Shown: positions 11,401 to 43,813 of the stretch, piece after piece | Layout of the letters: each line of letters opens with the position of its first letter | Numbering within the stretch: the first letter of the stretch is position 1 | DNA from: Macrostomum lignano | Lineage: Eukaryota | Direction: 5' to 3' | DNA: 64,000 bases | Assembly: GCA_002269645.1 (NCBI GenBank) | Contig: NIVC01000405.1 | Coordinates: 62,001-126,000 of the forward strand | Program-made: the position numbers and the translations under genes | The notes under the pieces: model-generated | What the model was told of the DNA's origin: nothing | Seen by the model: the letters and a program-made list of their open reading frames with translations, nothing else | Databases searched by the model: none

Positions 11401-13355
11401 TTGGTCAGGTGAGTGATTCTCTAATTGGTCAGGCTGGAGTGATTCTCTGATTGGTCAGGTGAGTGATTCTCTGATTGGTCAGGTGAGTGATTCTCTGATT
11501 GGTCAGGCTGGAGTGATTCTCTGATTGATCAGGTGAGTGATTCTCTGATTGGTCAGGCTGGAGTGATTCTCTGATTGGTCAGGCTGGAGTGATTCTCTGA
11601 TTGGTCAGGAATTAGTAGAATTAGTAGACTGGTAGAATTAGTAGATTCTCTGATTGGTCAGGTGAGTGATTCTCTGATTGGTCAGGTGAGTGATTCTCTG
11701 ATTGGTCAGGATGGAGTGATTCTCTGATTGGTCAGGCTGGAGTGATTCTCTGATTGGTCAGGAATTAGTAGAATTAGTAGACTGGTAGAATTAGTAGATT
11801 CTCTGATTGGTCAGGTGAGTGATTCTCTGATTGGTCAGGTGAGTGATTCTCTGATTGGTCAGGCTGGAGTGATTCTCTGATTGGTCAGGCTGGACTGATT
11901 CTCTGATTGGTCAGGTGAGTGATTCTCTGATTGGTCAGGCTGGAGTGATTCTCTGATTGGTCAGGCTGGAGTGATTCTCTGATTGGTCAGGTGAGTGATT
12001 CTCTGATTCGTCAGGTGAGTGATTCTCTGATTGGTCAGGTGGGTGATTCTCTGATTGGTCAGGTGGGTGATTCTCTGATTGGTCAGGTGGGTGATTCTCT
12101 GATTGGTCAGGCTGGAGTGATTCTCTGATTGGTCAGGCTGGAGTGATTCTCTGATGGGTCAGGTGGTTGATTCTAATCAGTAAGGTGGTTGATTCTAATC
12201 AGTCAGGTGGGTGATTCTAATCAGTCAGGTGGGTGATTCTAATCAGTCAGGTGGGTAATTCTAATCAGTCAAGTGGGTAATTCTAATCAGTCAGGTGGGT
12301 GATTCTAATCAGTCAGGTGGTTGATTCTAATCAGTCAGGTGGTTGATTCTAATCAGTCAGGTGGGTGATTCTAATCAGTCAGGTGGTTGATTCTAATCAG
12401 TCAGGTGGGTAATTCTAATCAGTCAAGTGGGTAATTCTAATCAGTCAAGTGGGTAATTCTAATCAGTCAGGTGGGTGATTCTAATCAGTCAGGTGGTTGA
12501 TTCTAATCAGTCAGGTGGTTGATTCTAATCAGTCAGGTGGGTAATTCTAATCATTTATTGTCTTTTTTTCCCAAGCCGTGCATGCAATTCGTTTGCTATT
12601 TCAATTAACAGATTAAAATGAGTGCTTGCACCTCTCACCCGCCCCCGCAGACCACAGGTGACATCGCCGCTGTCCGCCTCCAGGCCGCCGACCAGTCGCT
12701 GCCTCCGCGAATCAGCTCGGAGTCTCGACTGCTGCCGCTGCGGCCACCGGCTTCGGGATCTGCCGGCGCCTCACTTGACGGCCTCCGCGGTCTGGCGGCC
12801 GTCCACCGAGACTCTGACGATGGCGATGTACTAATGCTGCGGTTCACCGGCCGTGGCCGGCTGTGCCTTCAACACCTCAAATGCACTACCGATACTACTG
12901 CTACAGAAGAAGAATTAGTAGCTAGAAAAGCTACGATCAAATTAAATAATAAACAATGTCGTAAATCAAGATTGCCAGCTAAACAAGCGGCATCTCTGCT
13001 GTCGTTTAAACTGCCAATCGAAGATGGCGATATTGTTAAAAAGTTGCGTTCAAATATTCTGAATCAGCGGCCGCCGTTGAGTTTGTCGGCTGACCGCCGG
13101 ACGCCTGATTCATTGCCGCATCTTGGCATTAAAGAATATTGCACCGCGGAGGAGCAGGCTGAGCTGGAGCCCGGCTCCCTGGTGCTGGCTAAGCTGTGGC
13201 ACGGCCAGGACCCGACTGCGGCGGTTAAGAAGCGGCTGGCTGCGTTTGAAGCGCTGGAAATTCAGAGGGCTGAGGAGGCCGCCGCTGCTGCTGCCGGCAC
13301 TGACACTCCGGCTGCCGATTCTGACATCTTCAATGCCGACTCTTCTGCTGCTTGA
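5420..13355 (+). CDS. TAF1C: TAF1C-like (SL1/TIF-IB subunit C, Rrn6 family) protein, about 757 aa
   Basis: Exons 5420-5584, 5921-6263, 6765-7186, 9370-9969, 12612-13355 (2274 nt = 758 codons; phases 0,1,0,0). Motifs colinear with vertebrate TAF1C as recalled: NPHIPGEV (SPHLPGEL), GAHHRSLICVGGR (TAHPRVLTVGDR), LRLVDDRM (LYLVDERL), LLLLGAQ (LLLGGQ), LRGLAAV (TIGLAAV), LMLRFTGRGRLCLQHL (LFQLSAAGDVFYQQL). Confidence 0.7.
5605..5895. repeat. Degenerate minisatellite, core TTGCCGATATGTATCGAAAA, TAF1C intron 1
   Basis: About 9 copies with variable AT-rich linkers. Confidence 0.9.
6295..6600. repeat. Same TTGCCGATATGTATCG minisatellite family, TAF1C intron 2
   Basis: About 9 copies; linkers such as AAAGACGTTTCAC and ACAAACCCTTTAC. 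Confidence 0.9.
7187..7652. repeat. (GAGT)n/(GAATGGGTGAGT)n tract starting at the intron 3 donor
   Basis: Direct inspection. Confidence 0.9.
7653..8857. mobile_element. Probable solo LTR (about 1.2 kb) inserted into the GAGT tract
   Basis: Complex non-coding sequence with TG...CA termini (TGTGATAAAT...CACACTACA), flanked by GGTG on both sides (7649-7652, 8858-8861). GAGT repeats resume after it. Confidence 0.55.
8858..9200. repeat. (GAGT)n tract, continuation after the insertion
   Basis: Direct inspection. Confidence 0.9.
9970..12550. repeat. 26/24-bp minisatellite (CTCTGATTGGTCAGGCTGGAGTGATT / CTCTGATTGGTCAGGTGAGTGATT) grading into a 22-bp derivative (CTAATCAGTCAGGTGGGTGATT) near 12170; fills TAF1C intron 4
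   Basis: Direct inspection; explains the SDSLIGQV ORFs. Confidence 0.95.
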
Positions 13356-13357
13356 GT

Positions 13358-14160
13358 GTCAGGCATGAGATTCTCGTATTAGTCTGTTTTAGTCAGGCAT
13401 GAGATTCTCATTTTAGTCTGTTTTAGTCAGGCATGAGATTCTCGTATTAGTCTGTTTTAGTCAGGCATGAGATTCTCATATTAGTCTGTTTTAGTCAGAC
13501 ATGAGATTCTCGTATTAGTCTGTTTTAGTCAGACATGAGATTCTCGTATTAGTCTGTTTTAGTCAGACATGAGATTCTCCTATTGTTAGGTTTGAGTCAG
13601 GCATGAGATTCATGGATTGTTAGGTTTGAGTCAGGCATGAGATTCTTTAATTGTTAGGTTTGAGACAGGCATGAGATTCTTTGTTTGTTAGGTTTGAATC
13701 AGGCATGTGATTCTCATATTGTTAGGTTTGAGTCAGGCATGAGATTCTTTATTTGTTAGGTTTGAACCAGGCATGAGATTCTCCAACTGATAGATTTTGG
13801 TCAGGCATGAGATTCTCATATTGTTAGGTTTGAGTCAGGCATGAGATTCTTTATTTGTTAGGTTTGAACCAGGCATGAGATTCTTTATTTGTTAGGTTTG
13901 AACCAGGCATGAGATTCTCCAACTGATAGATTTTGGTCAGGCATGAGATTCTCATATTGTTAGGTTTGAGTCAGGCATGAGATTCTTTATTTGTTAGGTT
14001 TGAACCAGGCATGAGATTCTCCAACTGATAGATTTTGGTCAGGCATGAGATTCTCATATTGTTAGGTTTGAGTCAGGCATGAGATTCTTTATTTGTTAGG
14101 TTTGAACCAGGCATGAGATTCTCCAACTGATAGATTTTGGTCAGGCATAAGATTCTCATT
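13358..14160. repeat. About 34-bp minisatellite (GTCAGGCATGAGATTCTC...) starting 3 nt after the TAF1C stop
   Basis: Period 34 measured from unit starts at 13358, 13392, 13426, 13460. Confidence 0.9.
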
Positions 14161-14771
14161 CGAAATTATGTGCCAGTCCCATCTGTTAACCGATACTAGC
14201 GTAGTAATTAATGTTTTGTAATACTTTTAAATTTATTATCGGCAAAATTATTTTCTTAAACTTTATTTGTACAGCACTGCGCTTACCGCATCTATTCAGT
14301 CCATTAACCGACGAATATATATAATTTTCTCTTTTTTAACATAGCATTTTAATGCAAAATAAATTGGCATTTAGTAACAACTAAAGCAACTTCAATTGCA
14401 TGACAAATTGCATATCAATTAGTGAGAAAAAAACTTTGAAACTAAGTAGCACATTAAGAAAACCGATGCTTTTATTTATATATTACGATGGAAAGCATTG
14501 ATTATGCATCTAACAATGTGTAGGCATGCAGTGGGCTTATGATTATGTATTAATTCACAAATGAAAATTAACTTGATAACTGTTCATCAGGCACATTGCT
14601 TGGCTAAAAAACAGCTTATATAATTCTTTAAAGACCTCTTCAGTAATGTTCAACATTATTATTTTATTCATATGACGAATCATAGCTAACTTACTTGGTG
14701 TTTAACCTTTGCACCTGTCTGTGTGTCACTGCTTGTATTCGCCTGTCTTTGTGTCCTAAGTGTTCTGTAAT

Positions 14772-14866
14772 GTCTGTCTGTCTGTCTGTCTGTCTGACTG
14801 TCTGTCTGTCTGTCTGTGTGTCTGCCTGTCTGTCTGTCTGTCTGTCTGTGTGTCTGTCTGTCTGCC

Positions 14867-14905
<39 letters not shown>

Positions 14906-15006
14906 GTGTCTGTCTGTCTGTCTGTCTGTGTGTCTGTCTGTGTGTCTGTCTGTCTGTCTGTCTGACTGTCTGTCTGTCTGTCTGTCTGTGTGTCTGTCTG
15001 TCTGTG

Positions 15007-15039
<33 letters not shown>

Positions 15040-15094
15040 GACTGTCTGTCTGTCTGTCTGTCTGTGTGTCTGTCTGTCTGTCTGTCTGTCTGAC

Positions 15095-15141
<47 letters not shown>

Positions 15142-15175
15142 GTGTCTGTCTGTCTGTCTGTCTGTCTGTCTGCCT
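14772..15175. repeat. (TCTG)n microsatellite
   Basis: Direct inspection. Confidence 0.95.
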
Positions 15176-15307
15176 TAGTTCTTATTCTTTTGTGTCCGAA
15201 AATTTTTGCAAAGTGTACTTTAACACACAGACGCAAGTTGTAATCCGCTAGCTGGCTAAATCATAGCCACGTGCAGTTTTCACTCCACCGAGCGGCATCT
15301 GCTCAGG

Positions 15308-16763
15308 CTACTTGGCCACCCCGATGAGTCCATTCTCCATGAGCAGCCGGATTCTGCGTTGAAATTCCCCGTCTCGACTCTGCCGCAGCAGCCCCTGCGC
15401 CTTGTCCGGATCTTCGCGCAGCAGCGACAGCCAGCGCTGCACGTCCGGGTTGGTCAGCGCCTCGCGGACACCCGGCCTGGAGAGAACTTCCGCCACTTCC
15501 GGATCTTCTGGAGGCTGCTGCTGTTGCTGCTCCTGCTCCTGTTTGTCGGCTATCTGAGTGAAATGCTCGCCCAGCAGGGCTGAAAATTTTGCTAGAAATT
15601 CTTGCACTTCAGTGTCGTCCTTGTACTCCTGCGAGGAGGGAGAGACAATCGGTGGAAAAACTAAGTACATGTAGAACCTTGAATGGGTTAATTTACACGT
15701 ACATTAGATCATTATACTGGGCTAATGTACAGTTAAAATTTTCCTGAGTTCAATGCACACGTACATGTAGCTTGTGTTTATGGAGGCCAACTAGGGTTTG
15801 TTTATGGAGGCCAATTTTAGGGTGTTTTATGAGGCCGATTTGGGTACGTTTATGGAGGCCGATAATGGTGTTTTTATAGAGGCGACAAGTGTGTGCTTAT
15901 GGCTGATAAGCACATATGGCTGATATGGCTGTGTTTGTAAGGCTGATTAGGGTGGGTTTAAAAGGCTGGTTAGAGTATGTTTATAGGGCTGATTAGAGTG
16001 TACTTGTAGGGCCCAAACGAGCGCACACAGCCCCCCCCCTCACCTCCATGGCTCCCCGAGGATTAGTCTGGAACTTGGCCAGCGCAGCGGAGAGGCGCGG
16101 ATTGGCCAGGCCTCTCAGCAGCGTCTCGTCGGATTCCACTCGGGCCAGCAGGTCCTCCGTTAGCCAGCCTGATGGCGCTGCCGCAGCCGATGCGCTGGCA
16201 GCTTCCGCCAGGCTGGCCTGGACATCCTCAAGCTGCAGGGATCGAGCCGCGGCTGCCGGGTCGCTGCGGATGTGGGGCATGTCTTCGGCCTGCGGTTGCT
16301 GCTTCTGCTGCTGCTGCTTCTGGCTTGCTGCAGCCGGCTTGGCCGGACCGGCAGTTAAAAATCCCCGACGCATGCCGCCGAAGCCAGAAGAGGCGGACTG
16401 CTGTCGATTTTAATGGTGTCTTATCTTTATGTGGTTGAGGACAGACAGACAGACAGACAGACATACAGACAGACAAGCAGACACTAAGGCAGACAGACTC
16501 TAAGACAGACAGACAGACAGACACTAAGGCAGACAGACTCTAAGACAGACAGACAGACAGACTCTAAGACAGACTACCTTTTTACTCGCTGCTGCACCAG
16601 CCACTTCAGGAGCTGTCTGAGGCGGTTCAGTCTTCTGAGCTGCTGCAGGGAAATGCTTTGCAGTGGTGACCTTTTCCGTCTGGCTGGCCGCCTCCGGCTG
16701 CTGCTTAAAGACGTGGCTCATGTCCTCCAGGGGTGGCACATCTGCTCCTTCTGCTACAGACAT
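15308..16763 (-). CDS. STI1/HOP DP-repeat-like domain protein, about 287 aa
   Basis: Exons 16763-16578, 16400-16044, 15628-15308 (864 nt, all phase 0). Two STI1-like helical repeats: LLRGLANPRLSAALAKFQTNPRGAMEEYKDDTEVQEFL and REALTNPDVQRWLSLLREDPDKAQ. Confidence 0.7.
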
Positions 16764-17758
16764 TTTATTGGATTTGTTTTTACTTTGCTCTGAAATCGGA
16801 AGTGTTATAACGTTAAAGTTTGTTTTTTCAATTAAAATATGTAATTTAAATGCGGTGATATAAGAGTAATAAATCACACTTTTACTGAGAAATTCTTATT
16901 GAAATAAAATAAAGAACAAACGACTTCTAGTTCTGTGAAATAAAAACAATGAATACTCGTATCTTGAGTACTTTTGATTTAAAGTTCATATTTGTCAATA
17001 TACTTAAAGTTTTCAATATTAAAATCTTGGAAGTGATAAGCGTACAATAATAAATTGTACAATTATTCGTACAAGAATTTAAAGGAAGTGTGACAAAGTT
17101 GAAGCATTATAAATAATCTACCAGTGTGAGCGGTTTTCTGACGTTTTGTATTACACTACAAAATAAGATTTTTAAACTTTTAAAACTCATTTGAGCATAA
17201 CAAAGGTACACTAAAATTTTACGCCAAAAATCTTTTTGATTCAAAAGAAACGGGCAAGGAAGAAATTTTAAGGAGGAAAAATACCATCTGTGGGATTGCA
17301 AAACTAAAGGAAGCATTATTTAATTTGTTTTAATTAATAAAGTGATACATGTGAAACTATAGGCAAATTGTAAAAAAATATTGTATAATATATCCGTGAT
17401 TATTTATATAAACATTTTTAAATATAGCCACTTTTAGTGAGCAGGATTAGAAAGCCATTGAATAAAATGTAAAACAGACGGACAATTAAAACAAAATGTA
17501 CTTTCCAAGAAAGCAAACCAGTCGATTTTCTGACACCCTCAAACTGTCATCTTCCAAGGATCACAAATTGTCACCTCCTGCTAGTCACAAAATGTCACCT
17601 TCTGACAACCAAAGCGTCACATTTCTCAGCGAGAGACAAATTCCTATATTCTGACTTCAAGCAGTCAGGCATCACAGCTAGAGTTGACCGAAATTATTCT
17701 ACTAAAAGTAGTGCGAAAACTCGCATTTTAAAATTGAAAGTCAAATAAAATCGAAAGT

Positions 17759-18758
17759 TCACTTCTCGGCCGCAGCGACAGCCGACGGGCCCGACAGCAG
17801 CGGCGCCGGCACGCTGTCGGTTTTCCACACCGGCACCCGACCGAAACGGAACGCGCTGGACGCGGCTCCGCCAGTGTCAGGCGCCGCCGCAGAGGTTGGT
17901 GCCAAGTCGCTGGCATAGTCCAGCAGGGCGCCAAGACTCAACGGCTGCCAGCCGGTGTCCCCGACGTCGTACAGCTGCATCAGCCTGCGTCGGCGTTCTA
18001 GTTGAGTTGTCGGAGCCGACTGCTGCTGCTGTTGAGCCAGCGGTGGCAGCAGCCGTCTGGACGGAGCCTCCAGTGCCGACGCAGTCGCCGCCGCCAACGC
18101 CGACCGCCTTGATCGCGCCTGCCGCCTGTCCTCGTTCTGCTTGACAATCACCGACATCGGGTCGTGGTCGGCGGCGTACTCGGCGGCAAATCGTTCGCTG
18201 AATCGCAGCGACTGATGGCCGCCTTGGCCAGCCAAGCCTCTGGCAGCGTCGGTTTCGTCAACCAGACGGTAGCGCAGGCTGTCGTAGCTGCCGCGCAATT
18301 TCCTTCGACCAGCGCTGTCCATATCCCTCATCAGGTAGGGATTATTTTCCTCTGTGATCGGTTGCAACCGGCTGCCTGCGTGTAGAGCCGCCAGCTCCAG
18401 CTGGTCATATTTTCTAGTCACGTCGAACACCTGATAAGCCTCCGGAGCCGTCTGAGCTGCCGCCTCTCGAGCCGATTTGGACACCAAGAAACGACCGACG
18501 CCCAAGTTGCACCACTCGTCTTCGACTGCCGACTCATTGTTGTCATGGCAGCTGGTGCCGCCAACTGCCAAAGCGGGCAGTGGATTGTTGTGCGTCAGCA
18601 TCTGATAGGTGTCCCGGTGCAGCTGCGCTTGTCGGTACATCACCTGATGGTTCGGTGGGCGGTTTTTGATGAGGAAAATAGAAGGTAGCATGCCTTGGAA
18701 TTATTTTAATTATTAAAGATAACAAGGCAGAAAGCATTAAGATATAGATGGACACAGA

Positions 18759-18838
<80 letters not shown>

Positions 18839-19283
18839 CCACCTCTTTCCTTCGCCGTCTCTCGAGAGCCGGTCGCGATCTCGGATTCGCCAGCATCTTT
18901 CTAAACTCGCCGTAGTCGTCGTCGCCGAACATCCGCGGCACGGGTGCCATTCGCCTGGCGATGCAGTCCCTGGCGTAGGTGTTGTAGGCCTCTCGCAGCC
19001 TGTCCGCCTCCTCCTGGCTTCTCTGAGCCACTCTGGCGCGCGACTCGGCTCGCAGGCTGCCCCAGACGTCGTTGGCATCGGAGGCGACGCTCTTCAGTGT
19101 GGTGGCCGTCTTATCGCGATACATCTGCTGCGTCTGGGTGTCAACCTGCGGCTTTGGGTGCAGAATGTCATCGGCCGCCTGGGCGCCTAAGTACTGCTTC
19201 AGCACCGCGGCGTGGTCCACCGCTGTTCCATCTTCGGGGACGGCGTCGCCTCCTTGATGGGGATCAGCTGGTGCCGGTTCCAT
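17759..19283 (-). CDS. Uncharacterised protein, about 441 aa, 2 exons
   Basis: Exons 19283-18843 and 18643-17759 (1326 nt, phase 0; GAG|GTGGGT donor, CATCAG|GTG acceptor). Long GC-rich non-repetitive ORFs. No family recognised. Confidence 0.75.
18757..18838. repeat. (GACA)n microsatellite in the intron
   Basis: Direct inspection. Confidence 0.9.
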
Positions 19284-21284
19284 GAAAAGGACATTTCATC
19301 TTTGAATTATTCTACCTAGTACATCATTTGACTGAATGAGTACAAAGTAATTACTCTATTTGTTGAATAGCAGTTGGTTTATTTTTTATAATCCTAATTT
19401 AACTGCTCATCAGATACAGAACTAAAGCAATGTATAGTAATTATAGACTGGTTACATGTTCAACCAAAAAATAAATTTTTATCTACTAAATATTATAAAA
19501 ATAAATTTGCTCCATGTTACTAAGCGAATAATCTTATAAAATATTCATTGGCTAAAAAAAGAGTTATTAAAATTTGAATTCGTTAAATCAATTTTTGTAT
19601 TTACTTCTTGATTAATAGATTGCTGTGTCTTGTGTGGCATTAAATTAAAATAAGAATTCTGTAGGACAACTTTTAAATTTATTGTTTGATCAATCAATAA
19701 GACAAATTTATGGTCTATATATGCAAATTGCTAAATATAGTCAGATTAGTGAAACCCAAACTAAACCCAAACTAAAAAGGGATGAAAGCAACTTCGTACC
19801 GAAAAATTCGCATTCTCAGTAATCTCAATGCACTTATACAAGTACCTAAATTTAAAGATTAAGGCAGCTTAATTTTTCCTACATGATACAATTTAAATGT
19901 TTATGGATCGTCGAAGATAGCTTTATATATATGTTTCACCAGGACGAACAACAACCTGAAGATTTTATCGTTGGGTCTAGCGTTAAAAACTTAATGCTTT
20001 TTCACAATCAAAAACATGGAAAATTGAAAATGAAAAAACATGGAAATGGAAAATGGAATGGTGTGAAAAATGGAGCTTTATTCTCCATTTTAAATTTGGT
20101 TGACACTGTCACTTTAAGGTACAATAAAGACAATGATCAAAAGCTCACTCACTATGTATTTTTGTATTTATTAGAGAACTAGACGGATTTATTTAACACG
20201 TTCTAGTTAAATAGGCGATATATAAAAACACATTTGTTTTATTCTGCAAAGCAACATGAACTCAAATTTAAGTGGTTCCGGAAAATTTCTTGACATTTTC
20301 GTAGTGAAAATAATATTAAATTTATTCTACCTGCATTATAAATAAATAATAATAAATAATATATATAAATAATATTATTTCCTTCCTGCATAAAAAATGA
20401 TGCTTTAATAGATGTGTTACCATTTGTAAAAAAATCTATGCCAATCAAAAGTTTTGCGGCTTGGAATGCTACATTGCTTTTTATAGTATAACAAACGAAG
20501 TGCAGAAAATTGTATTGCATGGTTTAGCTAAAATTTAGTTTAATTAAAATTTTACCTTTTTTAAACTTAAGTTTAAACATTATTAAGATACTATGAAATT
20601 ATTTTAGCTGAACTGCTTGTACTAAATTTAACATGGAATATTTCCATAGATTAATTTCAGATTTACGCCGTTGCAGCTTCGATAAAAGCAGCGCGTTTAC
20701 TTTGTGTGATAGTTTAGAGACAACGTTTATTTTAGTCTCCTTTTGTAAGCAAAGTCACTTATTTAGTGACTGATTAGCTCTCTGAGCTTCAAGCTAATCA
20801 AGCATTTATTTTATTTTCTAACTCGCAGCAGCCTAGAAATATATATTGTTGTATGATATCTATTGTATATATTGTTAAATTCTGCTTAAGAAATTCTATA
20901 CTCAATTGGGATCAAAAAGTAGCATAACAGTATAACAGTAGTTCAAAGTTTAAAAAATTTGGAATCTACAATAGCAGTATAGTAACAATATTAAATCATT
21001 TTTGTTAAGGGTAAATTTCTTTTTATATTTTTGGACATCAGGTAAATAGGTATTCAAGGACTGATGTATTGTCAATTTTTATATCTCTTCACAATAACTT
21101 GTCAATCTTTACATAGACATAGACCATTTTCTAATGTCAACTTACTTCTTTATGCATGTTAAAAATAAATTATATAGAACACATGACTTATTTGTTTGCA
21201 TTTAAAAAGTTTCATGCTTCTGTTTTGTTTATGCACGCAAAATAATGATACATTTTCTTTGTTTTTTTCTGTCCATCCAAAAGA

Positions 21285-41873
<20,589 letters not shown>

Positions 41874-42099
41874 TTTTGAAACTAAAGGGACTTGTTGATC
41901 TTATTCTGGGATTAAAGAATGATATTTATTGTTGGTACCAGTTATCATTGAGCTTATCATTGGGTTTCAACCTATAGGTTTTACTGGTGGTTTTTACCTG
42001 TAGGTTTTACCACCGGTGGGTATAACCTGTAGGTTTAACCGGTGGTTTTTACCTGTATAGGTTTCACCGTTATATTTTAAATGTAGGTTTAAACAGTAG

Positions 42100-42410
42100 G
42101 TTTTACCCATAGCTTTCACCGGTGGGTTTTACCGGTGGGTTTTACCGGTAGGTTTTACCGGTAGGTTTTACCGGTAGGTTTTACCGGTAGCTTTCACCGG
42201 TGGGTTTTACCAGTAGGTTTTACCGGTAGGTTTTACCGGTAGGTTTTACCGGTAGGTTTTACCGGTAGGTTTTACCGGTAGGTTTTACCGGTAGCTTTCA
42301 CCGGTGGGTTTTACCGGTAGGTTTTACCGGTAGGTTTTACCGGTAGGTTTTACCGGTAGGTTTTACCGGTAGGTTTTACCGGTAGGTTTTACCAGTAGGT
42401 TTTACCTGTT
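42100..42410. repeat. 13-bp minisatellite (GGTTTTACCGGTA) downstream of the CCDC66 stop
   Basis: Direct inspection; degenerate copies extend back to about 41980. Confidence 0.9.
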
Positions 42411-43489
42411 GTAGACAGGGGTTTAACTGCACTACTTACCTGTTTGGCTAACCGTTGTTTTACCTGTTGGTCAGTCAGGCACTTACCTGGCTGGACAACG
42501 GGAAATTTTACCTGTTTAACAATAATTTCTCCGGTTAAAAATCCTGTCTGCACGAGGTTTATAAAACACCTTTTTCACTCGAGGTCGAAGGCGATGGCAT
42601 TAAGTTGTTTTCAGTCACTGATTTAAGATGTTTTCTCTTGAATTTCACTAACTTTATTGACCCAAACAGTTACTTTGTACTTCGTCTTCAGTTCACAAGT
42701 AATTTTGCAAGATTATTCCCAATGGATCATGACTACTTGATGGTAGCTTTTTGATAACGTGGCTTGATGTCATACTCTATATATGATTGATAATATTTGA
42801 TTGACAAAACCCATGCATATGTTAATAACCTGCCCATTCAGGTCACGTAAAACATTTCTTGTGTTTTTTATCAAACCCCGCAAAATTAAACTTTTTGCGA
42901 TAATCTTGGAATTTTAGTGTATTTTACGCATTGAATTTTTTTGTTATTTTAAATTGTAGCAGTAATATTGGTGAACTTTTGAAAATCCAAGCACGCTAGA
43001 CGCTACATTCCCTTAAAAGTGTATACATAAAAAGTTATAACTAAGTTTTGTTTTTATTTCGATGTAAATAAACTAGAAAAAACGCGTCCTATTACTAAAA
43101 ATGCGGATCTATTAGTAGTATCCAACAAATATTTCTTATGGATGACTTGAATGTTTATATTTTAGCTACATTAGCTCTAGAAATTTGTAAAATTTCTTTA
43201 AAATAACTTGAAACAGATTAACAAATAAGTGGCATATTTGTTATAAGTTTAGATACCATGGATACAAGCTTTTGTCAGTTAAGTTTTTATTTCGTTAGTC
43301 TTAATTACTCGTTGATTTTCGGAACTGAAAAAAATAATTACGGTTAGGAAAAACATTTACAATGGTCTTCAAAAGGGTTTAATCTTAAGTATTTATGCAA
43401 ATTTCAAAACTATTTCACCTGCAACTGCAAAGCTCATAATTGTGAGTTTGTTCCGTAATTTTCCAGCTCCTTATGGTCCTTGCGTGTTG

Positions 43490-43690
43490 GTACCCTAATT
43501 AGCCAGGTGTTTATGATATAATAGCGTGTTGGTACCCTAATTAGCCAGGTGTTTACCATATAATTGCGTGTTGGTACCCTAATTAGACAGGTGTTTACCA
43601 TATAATTGCGTGTTGGTACCCTAATTAGACAGGTGTTTACTATATAATTGCGTGTTGGTACCCTAATTAGACAGGTGTTGGTACCCTACC
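43490..43690. repeat. 42-bp tandem repeat (GCGTGTTGGTACCCTAATTAG.CAGGTGTTTA..ATATAAT.), about 4 copies
   Basis: Direct inspection. Confidence 0.85.
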
Positions 43691-43813
43691 ACATACCCTA
43701 CGCACGATACAATAGTGTGTTGGTACTTTAATTAGGCAGGTATTTACCTTCAAACCAGCTTCCAGGGAAATGCAGCTCTCAATCGGCAAAATGGGCTCCC
43801 TTGATCGGCGATT

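Noticed and set aside
19883-20520. Small ORFs in the divergent spacer
   Set aside because: AT-rich with no coding bias, splice structure or recognisable motifs.
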